Assembly (NCBI GenBank): GCA_030637655.1
Contig: DAOWGI010000024.1
Span: 1 to 64,000, forward strand
Reading direction: 5' to 3'
DNA: 64,000 nt
DNA from: a candidate division FCPU426 bacterium
Lineage (GTDB): Bacteria > Oederibacteriota > JAAXVQ01 > JAUVAV01
The position numbers were made by a program, and so were the translations under genes. The stretch's first letter is position 1. Each line of letters opens with the position of its first letter. The notes beneath the pieces were generated by a model. That model had not been told where the DNA came from, made no database searches, and saw only the letters and a program-made list of their open reading frames with translations. Below, piece by piece: positions 39,701 to 48,700 of this stretch.

Positions 39701-42691
39701 CAATACCACACCACGGGGAGATTGAAATTGATAAAACTTATGTCCTTCCTCACCCCAAATGAAGCACTCTCTTGGCCTGAATAAATGCCTAATGCTCTGC
39801 AATTGTCCTCTCATATAAACTTGACGGGCATTTAACAGGGGAAACGCAGGATTCACATTATAAGGCTGCCTCAAGTCGTCAATGCCTATTAAGTCGGGAT
39901 CAATAACAGGTGCGCTGCTGTTTTTAATTAATCTATTTGTCCAGACCAGTCTCTCATCAATGCCGGCGCGCCAATGGGGCAGGCTGTGTTTTAATACTTT
40001 CCAATAATAGAAATATCCGGTTTCTTCTTCAACCAGCCATAAACCTAAAAGCTTTCTTTGCTTATAACTGGAAGTCATGAGACGGCAGAGGGTTTTAAGG
40101 TCTTCAGGAATGAGTTGGCTGGAATTATCCAATTTTTGCTTAATTCTGATTACTTGATTAAAATCACTTGTTTCCATATAAAAGTGATTATGCACTTGAT
40201 TTTCCGCCTCTGCCATGACCTCCGGGTCAAAACTTTTTAGTTTCCCGCTTAGCAGCATGAGGTATTCCAGCCAGGTATCAGGAATATCATTTCCGCCAGG
40301 CAGAGGGCCCAGGCCGGCTTGCAATAACACATCCAGTCCATCAGAGATGAATGCTGATTTAATATTATCTCCGGCTTTATCCAGAGTGTTTCTGCGCGTA
40401 AGCCAGGCCTGCTTCGCGGCCTCGCCAATAGCTGAGTTTAAAATACCTTTATATTCAAGTTTCTCAGGATCAATTAAGGGCCGGTTCAGGTGAATAGCAG
40501 GAGAAAATTCCTTGATCTGAGGCGGGCCGGCAGAGATGATAAAATGACGGGGCGAGAAGATGATGGGCCCCTCCGGGATAGTCGCTTCTTCGCTGATCCA
40601 ATTATTAAACTGGCTCTGTTTTTTAGCTCCCAATAATATGGAAGTTAATTCCAGCGCATCTTCCTGCTCAGGAGCATGGGGATTGCTCTTGATATCCATC
40701 AGTTTCAGGAAAGCAGCAGGGCTGAGTCTTAGATCATTTAATAACCTCGCTTTGACTTGGTCGATTTCATCCGGCGTGCCCTGGGTTAGCTGAAGATAGA
40801 GCGCGTCCAATGATTCCAAAGGAGTTGTGTTTGACCAGGGATGGCCGGCGTCAAGCGCCGGTGTATCCGGGGTATGCTTAAAAACCATATAGTTTAAGGG
40901 CTCATACATTCCGGATAAAGCAGCATCAATATTCATTGCTTGGGTAAGATCGCCTCGTATATCCTGCCAGCAGTTATCCAGCCACATACGCCGGTGTTGC
41001 CATAAGCCAAAATGCAATTGGGATAAAGTCTGAGGCTGTCTGATATCCTCCGGCCCCATAATGTCAGGGTCAATAATCGGCAGTTCCTGGCAAGTGTAGG
41101 CATCATCCCAATGATCCAGTTTCTCCCATATGGTGCGCAGATGCTTTAAGCGCCAGCAGGCCAGGTTGGGAATGAGGGAGATTTGGCACCTTAAAAGCCG
41201 GGAATCAAGCTTAACGATTAATTCTGCGCTAAGTCCGCTATGGTTTCTCTCTTCCAAAATAATCGTGCCCGAAGCCTGAGAAAACATCCCGGATTCCGCC
41301 AGAGGCTCCTTTCCCGCCTGCTCGCGGAAAATACGGGCAATATAACTGTTGGTATTGGCCTGATATGCAATATCAATGATAACATTGCCTTCTTTATCAG
41401 TGTTTTTGTTCCATTGCACACCCTGAAACTTCCATTGCTTTAGGTGGTTGTTCTCATCACCGATTTTTAATCCAAGGGATAAAGGGGATGCGGCAGAGTC
41501 TTGTTCTGTGTCAGGCAATCCGAAGAATTCTTCCAACCAGGACTCGGTGAGGCTGTTAGGTGTCAAAAATAAATTGTCCAGCTCATCCGGCCGGGTATCA
41601 CTAAGATCAAGGCCGATGCGGTCTGCCAGGGATTGCCGTTTCTCCTGACTTTCAGTACGGATAAGCCGGATATCATCATATGAGGTGCCGATCTTTTGGA
41701 GTAATCGTTTATAGGCTTCAAAGAGATAGTCATTAATATCAACCGAATCAATATTCCGGCCCTTTAGATATCGTCTTAATACTTCAATCGCAATACGGAC
41801 CTGACGGGTCCTGGTATTCACCTGCTCGCAGGATAATGCCAGGTTGGCCAGGGGCTGGAAAAACAATTCTTCCACCTGGTCAACATTCAAAGGCTCCTGA
41901 TTTAATTGGATGTTATTCTTAACATAATTTAGAAGATCAACCAGGTAAGCCAGGGGGCTGACCGCGGATTCGCAGTCCCGGCATTCGCATTGTGTATCAA
42001 TGCCAAGTTTTTCTGTCAGGCTATCGTTCATAGTCTGAAAATTATGGGCTTTTTCAACCTTTAGGCCGGTATATATATTCGCAATTGCGGCAGCTTGGGC
42101 GGCTGCCTTATTATATAAGGAAGAAGCCTTATTCTCTGCAATGCCTTCTTTTCCGATTTTTTTGCTGAAATCAGGCCGGGATAGTTTGCTGATATCCAGA
42201 CTATTTAAAAAACCCAGCCGGATGAGTTTCTGATTGATATCAAGGTCCTGGGAGATAAGTTCCAGATAAGCATGCGCTTCCACTTCTTTTATCGTCTTTT
42301 CCATGTCAGCGCTCGGCTTCTCCGGTTTTGGCAGACCGCCTTGTTGGCGGATATCAGAGAGTGTTTTTATTTTAGTTTTGTCCAGAATGGCTTTTATTTC
42401 TTTAGTATGCATGCCGGAGACAAGTTTATTAAGATCAGTAACAGGGATCAATCCGGCCGGCTCTTTTACAGGAATGGAAGGGATGTCAACAGGTAGAACT
42501 GGAAGAGGTTTAATGACCTTTTTTTTGAAATCTTTGCTTTTAACTTGTTTTGTAACCTCAGGTTTTTTCTTGGCTTTTTGAACCAAAGGTTTTGGTCTGG
42601 CTTTGTTTGCTTTTGCGGATTTGGCCTGCTTGCCTGCTGCCGGGCGTTTTTTCTTTAGTGTTTTTTTAGAGGTTTTGGCTTTTTTGAGCAT
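33770..42691 (-). CDS. Tc toxin complex A component (TcA-like) with NHL beta-propeller insertion, 2973 aa
   Basis: VSPLAYLVDLL (TcA N-terminus); WQWIGSYETWKAAMGVFLYPEN; PIPYRYEFLLAR; coiled-coil translocation region; LSKTISL, FERDFPGHYLRMIKQV, LLPFEGMGV (TcB-binding domain); six NHL repeats; SD gagggagg. Confidence 0.9.
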   Translation of the reverse strand: MLKKAKTSKKTLKKKRPAAGKQAKSAKANKARPKPLVQKAKKKPEVTKQVKSKDFKKKVIKPLPVLPVDIPSIPVKEPAGLIPVTDLNKLVSGMHTKEIKAILDKTKIKTLSDIRQQGGLPKPEKPSADMEKTIKEVEAHAYLELISQDLDINQKLIRLGFLNSLDISKLSRPDFSKKIGKEGIAENKASSLYNKAAAQAAAIANIYTGLKVEKAHNFQTMNDSLTEKLGIDTQCECRDCESAVSPLAYLVDLLNYVKNNIQLNQEPLNVDQVEELFFQPLANLALSCEQVNTRTRQVRIAIEVLRRYLKGRNIDSVDINDYLFEAYKRLLQKIGTSYDDIRLIRTESQEKRQSLADRIGLDLSDTRPDELDNLFLTPNSLTESWLEEFFGLPDTEQDSAASPLSLGLKIGDENNHLKQWKFQGVQWNKNTDKEGNVIIDIAYQANTNSYIARIFREQAGKEPLAESGMFSQASGTIILEERNHSGLSAELIVKLDSRLLRCQISLIPNLACWRLKHLRTIWEKLDHWDDAYTCQELPIIDPDIMGPEDIRQPQTLSQLHFGLWQHRRMWLDNCWQDIRGDLTQAMNIDAALSGMYEPLNYMVFKHTPDTPALDAGHPWSNTTPLESLDALYLQLTQGTPDEIDQVKARLLNDLRLSPAAFLKLMDIKSNPHAPEQEDALELTSILLGAKKQSQFNNWISEEATIPEGPIIFSPRHFIISAGPPQIKEFSPAIHLNRPLIDPEKLEYKGILNSAIGEAAKQAWLTRRNTLDKAGDNIKSAFISDGLDVLLQAGLGPLPGGNDIPDTWLEYLMLLSGKLKSFDPEVMAEAENQVHNHFYMETSDFNQVIRIKQKLDNSSQLIPEDLKTLCRLMTSSYKQRKLLGLWLVEEETGYFYYWKVLKHSLPHWRAGIDERLVWTNRLIKNSSAPVIDPDLIGIDDLRQPYNVNPAFPLLNARQVYMRGQLQSIRHLFRPRECFIWGEEGHKFYQFQSPRGVVLDEKRGYVYVVDRDNCRIQKFSLFGDFIKEWGAQGNQAGQFFFPEYLAIDTNGYIYVSDNNNHRIQKFDCDGTFILKWGRKSPDNRPENSTFKNPGGLAIDNKGRVHVADRNNHRIQIFNSQGEFIHAFGQAGSGQLEFNLPVDIAVSQDGKLYVADNENHRIQVFAADYQFYKTIGTEGQDQGQFRRPQGIAIDSDNNIYVTDDNNRVQKIRPEGDFVDSWGSLGSGDLQFRSPRGLTVDRQGNIYAADSFNHRIQIIVLDSVFTFHLAVYSIMGVNLNILKNLSNIRDEIKELPDILRQWNLTYAGLDYLTKILDLAKSQAGVMPVEWDQVYNILLEVVKKRGCFKWQRAEIEQSILLSPDYFILAEEEPKELIPYRANWQDRRAWQNTLKSRFNQIDSVIAGLAEAVDSCEENTLELLRDQWIAASAANGNTDAEKAQQLGSRLLLDFRTGSCRKTTRVSQAITTLQSLFFSLRNGDLNIAGLEILPNAYFDKEWQWIGSYETWKAAMGVFLYPENILLPGFRNHPTPVFTDLLRTIQSNYRFTSLDADKIAKIYTDYFNDIRFLTVEASCHFRAWPWETQKYPLSMFARGGATHRAYWSLCENNIGNNPNQRYWSLIPPFEGVMVDKIIGAIPFRPNEDESYVYVFAKIKDQASRQIAFARLDVKSLAWSDELTTYEPDLAGTGFEAVVLNTNNDQTAPSLFFTIQGSRSKIYWTRLNALGTDFEELTLLEDTNERISCLGACQFGYSNQSVCMLFMKTTRSAQTGYYMVPISFHNILDSPWGEKTLRHTIPILADSITDPTNHALIPLGKYTSTIDFPDLDEFKGLSFFYNKKMVYVFWKNQNSFQYQAFEIRLHVHEQPISFETMMVNMPQHLNMSCHLHPMFEPAELSGLAPQDHIVSHSYLGTLYRQRKFERLAGKTGNYRGYLRTEFYVGLNFQLSVSQQERIAPLFGDAYEINDSVGLPQSGLQEKAFLNNLAGPPSFLEYLKEAFYYLPLSFALQLQRNHEYQAALTWYRTIYNYEAAAGERKIYHGLKLEEDTAKGFNRPEEWLQDPLNCHGIASARRNTYSRNILIMIIQCILDYADAEFTYDTVESLPRARMMYETAERLLKSDVLNYGQKVCEQIIGYLELALKRDFASSEAQTIIDKLKQANSPAVLKEAKRIIDAAKSKDQTIAAVNNLVREHKENKPASIKEVLTVSQPDLSPLYQKICQTGYLNNNMPEAELSPAYFPFFGVFNSMQSYSFCIPKNPLIDLLGFQAEINLYKLRNCRNIAGMKRELSDYAAPIDILSALPSIGSGGTMNLATRIVPPPIPYRYEFLLARTKELVSIAQQIENAMLAALEKYEQEKYNLLKARQDAELARAGVKLQNLRLKKANDEVYLAMAQLESADIQETTYQAWLAQGINAWEQKLLRTYTEALIYRRMIAQVQASKEAAVAITIAATATVGVAAAVGSAGIVSTAAALQAYLTDKKLSVETAGQIASFYAAHERREQEWTLQLQLAGNAKVIGKQQVKISEDNVKIVGQEKKISEIQAKQVEEIIEFLRSKETNIELYRWMLKVLENVYSYFLQQATATARMAQNQLAFERQEQAPTFIQNDYWVAAPENMASSKASEDTVDRHGLTGSARLLTDLYKLDQYKFETEKRKLQLSKTISLAGLAPYEFQRFRETGVIIFGTPLELFERDFPGHYLRMIKQVRTSVIALIPPIQGIKATLSTVGVSNLVTNNNGLFQTITAYRAPESVALTSPMNATGVFELQTPSDMLLPFEGMGVDTLWEFKMPRAANHFDFKSIADVLITIDYTALDSPDYRQLVIDSLPTTTDGDRAFSFRHQFADQWFDLHNPGQSEYPMSVSFKTSWDDFPVNLSQLGIKQVLLYLSSQKEDLAPFTATLKFLPNDPAAPTELGGEAAWVDKLISTRHGNGSPWLALQGKAPAGTWTLELPNTAYVKKLFADNIIEDILLVITYSGKGPDW

Positions 42692-42721
42692 GATATTACC
42701 TCCCTCGCAAAAATAAAATTG

Positions 42722-45700
42722 CTATCTGCCTTGCTTTAAACAGTGACTATACTTGCAGGGATCGTTAATTTTATCCCAGTCTATTGGCGGCTGGTTAATA
42801 TTGAAAAACAATACTTCGTGCTCTCTGCCGCCGATTTTCATAACACCATGTTTTTCATTGAGCCCCAATAGATGTTCAGGCTTTCTGGGATACTTATCGC
42901 TAATGCCTAATTTAAAAAGCAGGAGTTTTATAAAATAATCTTCTTCTTTTGCCATGCCTTCTCCCCAGTGGGGATCAACCATTATATGATCAGGCATGGA
43001 ATTGGTTCCGGCCGGGGTATCCTGACCTAAACTTGCGACACCTCCAACTATACCCGCTCCCCTACCAACAACCTTAACACCGGCAAAGATTTTATGACGT
43101 AATTTGGGTGCGGATTCTGGTAAATTTCGCAAAACGTCTTTAAGAGGAACTTCTTTGGTTATTTGTCCTAATTTAATACTGTCCGGTACACTTTGGGGCG
43201 CTCGGGGAACTCTTTTGGGATAACTTCCCTCCGCCGCCCTTTCATTTGAAGCGAAATCTGTTAACTCATATGCCTGGTTTGTAGGGACATCACCTGCCTG
43301 CAAAGAATAAAGCGTTTTTAAATCTTCATACCACGTGGTTGGTCTGGGAGCCAGGCTGCCGCTTCCTGATGATCTAACGGTAAGGTTACCAGCGGTTTTG
43401 TTGACATTTTTGCGGCTTTTAGTAGAAGAACTCCAGGCAGCTTGATCAACAGCATTCTGTCCGCGTGATACATCAGCATGCATTTTTTTTGAAAAGTCGC
43501 CTTTTTTCTGGCTAATACAAGTTACTTGGCCATGAAGTGCATCCTTGCCACCTTTTCCAACAGGTTTATCTGTGTGTGCTCCGCTTTGTCTAAGATGGTG
43601 ACCGGCTTCTTCACTATAGGGACCGGTTACTAAATTAAGTTTTGCTTCATCGGATTCAAGTCCGGAAGTATCCATAAATGTTAGAGGATTATTTCTACTG
43701 TACTGATATAAATCAATACTATCTATTGCGCCTTTAGGATCACAGCTTATCCACCGGCAGAGCCAGGGAGCGTAATACCTGGCAGCATGATAATTAAGTC
43801 CGCTCTCTTCGTCCCTTTCCTGGCCGGTAAACCGGTAGCGTTTTTTGGAAAAGCTGCCATAGCCGGTCTCGCCAAAAGGCGTGAACTCCTCGCGATTGGT
43901 CCAGATTCCGTCAGCGCCTATGACCAGATTACTGCTGCCCAGATGGTCATTAAGTTGATACTGGATATCAGGCGTATTGTCATTATCAAAAGCAGGTCCT
44001 TTTCTTATGATCGCAATACGCGTGGAATCATCCATAACATGCAGATGGTTATTCTCTTTAGCGCCCTCCCACTTGCTATGCTCAAACATACCATCTATAT
44101 ATACTGTGCTCTCAGCCGGCTGATGGCCTTGGCGCTTAACCCATTTCTTGATACGGGTTCCGTCAGAACCATATAAATATCCGGCTGTCATAGAAGGTTC
44201 CCGGCTGCCTGCCGGTTTATCTTGGAAAATTTTGAGTCTGTCCGCGTAGTCCCATTCAAAATGGCGGTTGGAATGTTCTTTGATCAGGTTGCCATTCGCA
44301 TCATAACTATATGAATAAGCATTATCACTAATTATTAATTTATCCATTTTATTGCTGTTGGATAGCACGGATAATTCTCTGGTAAAACTGCCTGCGCCTG
44401 CAATATGTTTTAAAGTTTGCATATTGCCGGCATCATCATAAGTGTATTGCTGCGTATATAACCTGGTCTGGCCGGGATCCTGGGGTGTGATCTGATTCTG
44501 CCAAGGCAGGGAATCAGGATTTTTATCATACTCTCTGCCGCCGGCCTGGCTTAACTGGTAAAAGGGATCATATTCAAATTGCCGCAATAAGTGGTCCTTA
44601 CCATTGATGCTGCCCGGCACACCGCAATCAGACGCGCGGTCGTCAATGCCGGTAATATTGCCGGTAAGATCATAATTGTATATGGAATCCTGCAGCACAG
44701 GACCTTGTCCCATCCAGTTCTCCGGGGTGGATAATTTGCTGTAATGCTCGCTCCGCATACGTACCAGGTGGAACGATCTGGGATCATAGGCGTAGCGCGT
44801 CATTATGCCATTGCCATAAGCAATCAGCACCCGCTGACCTTTGGCACTGTAGGCAATTCTTTTAACATATAGTTCATGATTGATAAAAACCTGATTCAAG
44901 GACCCGGCCTGGTTATATTCGGGAACAAGTTTTGCTCTGCTGCCGTTTACATCCTCAGGATAGATAACAGTGAGCGGACGATTTAGGGCATCATACTTGG
45001 TACTGGTCTGATAGGATTGTGTTTCCAGCGCCTGGTCAGTATCAGGGATTATCCAATTGGCACTCCAGTTATCTGCAATAGCCTGATCTGAGATAGTACG
45101 CCGGGATTTTTCCAGAAGATTGCCCTTGAAATCATATTCTGAAAAATCCTGAAGACCGGCGTCATCATAAAACTTGAAAACCCGGCCCAAAAGATATTGG
45201 GATCCGGCTGTTTCGCGGTTTAGGCCTGAGCCTGTTTCATCATCACCATAAATAATCAGCTCTCTGCAGGTCATGGGATCATGGTTTAGATCGCGCGCCC
45301 ATTTGTGTGTGGGGCGCATGAGCGCATCGTACTCCTGCATAATGATCGATCCTTTGCTGTCACGGGATTCAATAGCTTTTCCCAGGGCCGAGAAAACAGT
45401 GGTTTTAATGCCGGCGTCAAGGCTGGTAATGCGCAGAGGTTGATTGGCCAGGTCATAGGCCTGCTGAAAAGCCGGCCGGTTTTGGGTATCAAAAACCTCA
45501 ATGACATTTCCGCGTATATCATAGCGGGATCTGGTGATCAGAAAATCAGTGTCAGGGTTTAATCCTCTGCGTGCCAGGCTGCAGAGAGTTCTGCCCAGAC
45601 CGTCTATCAGCACACTGCCAGGTGTATAATGATGATCAAGCGGAGCGTAGGCAGGCAAAGGTTTGTCAGGATTCAGATTTTGCTGATGATCAGCCAGTCG

Positions 45701-48700
45701 TGTCAATACTGCCAGATCATTGGAATCATAGGTATATTTTTCCCAGGAAGTGGGGGAAAAAGAATCAATGGAATCCAGGGTTTCGGGAATACCGTAGATT
45801 TCCCGTTGTTCTGAATTATCCGGGTTAACTGTACGGATGATCTCTCCTCTGGGATCATAATATAAAGTGGAATGCATTCCTTTTAACGCATCTTCTTTTC
45901 TCTGAAAATCCCAGCCCTGGCTGAAAAAAGGTTCGTATTTTTTAATGGGTTGGCCCTTGTTATCATAAATTGTCCAGCCATTGACAATAACCCGGTTATT
46001 ATTTCCAGCGCCCTGCGCAGGTGTAGGTTCAAGCTCAGGATCAAGCGGCAGGCCGACATCATCGCCGGATTCCCCATATATAATTTCATCTGCCGGCGCG
46101 CGGGATTGGATAAGGCGGCCAAATCCGTCAGAGTATTGCCTGGCTTCGATAACCTCATCCAATAGATTGTCTTTGGCATGGTAAACACGCTTGGTGCTAT
46201 GCACCCAGGAAGGGATTGCTTCCCGGCTGTCTCTGGTATTTTGATAGGCAAAGAGATCATACGTAAACGAGAGCTCAGGTTTATCCTGAGTGCCTCCCTC
46301 GGCTTTTTGGCCTGATAGATATTGCTTGATCATAAGACCCAGGGCGGAAAAAACAAAGTGTATTGTATTTCCGTTTGGGTCCTGGATACTGCTAGGCTGC
46401 ATCATCCGGTAATCATACTCTGCCAAACTCTGCAGACCGATGGGGTCTATAACTTTTACGGGCATGGTCTTAAAATCATCATAACTAATAGAGGTATAAT
46501 TATTAAAAGTATCTCTGCTCTGAAGCAGTAGGCCTCTGGGAGAATCAATGTCCTGCTCCTGGAAATCATACTTGCTCATTGAAGGACAAGCATAATATCC
46601 AGTGCCATAATCCTCTGCACCGCCCTCTTTTTTATAATAACCATGCTGGGCCTGAAAATCCCGGGGCATGCCCTCCGGCAGTTGAGCAGACCCGTCTAAA
46701 TAAACCGGCCGGCGATCTCCATACGCATTATTAAAAATATCAGCAGTTGCTATCAATGCTTCGCTTCTGATCAAGACGCCATAGTCTCCGATTTGGCCTG
46801 GAGGCAGGCCTTCGAAAGCCCGGCCGTCATAATGATTGATTGTGTGACCTATCAGTTCTAATGAAGCAGGCAGCGGCTGTCCCGGTATAAAATCAGAGAA
46901 TAAGGCATGTACTTCTTTGGCAGCTAAAACATGCTCGCGCAGCACCTGCCTGATATTTTCAGGATCACTCTCAGAGACTGTGGGAGGATTCGAGAGTGTA
47001 AGCTGGTGGACTTGCGATACTCTATCCTGGATATAAGGAATTTCAGGATGAATATATGCTGTCCTGGAATGGGTGGCTAAAATCCTGCTCTCGTTGGGCT
47101 GTATTGATCCGTGATTTTTGCCGCTTATCTCAACCCGCTTTGCTTGGCGTCTGGGAAGTGCAATACTGGTATTTTGTCCTGGTTGCCCGTATTCATCAAG
47201 GTCATCAGTAAAAGATAGGTTAAGCATGGGATCATCTCCGCGCTCCCATTGGGCAGTACGGCTGCAGAAGGTATAAGGCAGGAAGATCCGTTTGCTGCCC
47301 AGCACCGGATGCTCGGCTGCTGTTTCTTCTCTTATATTTATACAGGTCTCGGTCACTGTATAGGGCCTTGCTTCCAAACTTGAACGGTCCATAGCATAAA
47401 TTTCGGAACGTATACGCTGGCCTCGCAGTACTCGTAAAGCGTCGCGCTTATCTTGTGAATCCAGATATTGGATCAAAGAAAAACGATTGGAGAATTTCTG
47501 GAGCAGTTGAAGGTCATCCTGCCAGTACTCATGCTCCAGATTATTTTCATACCAGCCGCCTTCTTCATCGCCAATCGGTCCCTGGTGGAACCAGGAGCGG
47601 GATAAAAGAGGAGGTGCGAAGTACTCTTGCTCGATATTTTCAAAAGCATCCGGATTATGCAGTACGGGCTTATGATACTCTTCAAAGATTTCCGTATCCT
47701 GCTGATCCACTCGTCCAAAACCCCGGAATTCCTGTTCCTGGCCATCCCAGTAGCCGTGATGATAACTGTACGTGCTCACTTTTTTGCTCCGGGAAATTGT
47801 ATCAACAACCTCGGATTTGGAAAGTATTAGCACAGGAAAGGGCAGGGGAGTTTTCCAGCGGGTTTCAGGATTTTGGCGGTCTTTAAGATAATGCTCTACG
47901 CTTGATTCATAAGCTGTCCTGGTTAGGGCGCCCAGGCAGTTATCCATCTCATTTAACAGATAGGGTTTTTGTTTGCCGCAAAAATCCAGGAAGAACATAC
48001 CGGACTCCTGATTCGGTCTGCTCCATAAAATACCGGTAATCCCGGAACCGTATATATCCGCCAGGGTTACATTATCAATATCCGTGACCGGCGGTGTGCC
48101 ATTAATAACCATTGGATCACTAAAGCTGTGTCCGCTTCTATTTAGCCAGAGCGTTACTTTGGTATCATCAACATATACTATGTCTGCCAGACCGTCGCCG
48201 TCAACATCGCCTATCAGCACCCGCTTGGGATTATATTCATAAGGAAAGCGCGGGCACTGGGACATGACAACCCGCTTACCCCAGTTGCCGTATCCCAGGT
48301 TCGGCCAGTAATTTATATTCCCATCATGAATAAGCACAATATCCTGCAGTCCGTCGCCTGACATATCCGCAAAAACAATTCTGGGATCTGAAAATGAAAT
48401 GTCAGGAAAAGCATCCAGGTTTTTTCTTTCAATAAACCGGGTCTCGTGCCAGCCTTTTTCCGGATGATTGAAAAAACACTCGAGTTTTTCTCCGGCTCTC
48501 ATGGCATCGGTGATTCCGTCACCGTCTAAATCAATCATCTTTACATCCGGATCATTCAACGCAAAAGAAGGCGCCTGCTTATACGCGTGGAAAGAATTTT
48601 TGTCCCAGAAACCTTTAAAGCGCATGGGGAAATATCCTGATTGGCCGGGTTTGCTTACCATTACATCCGGCCGGCCATTGCCGTTGGCATCTATGATACT

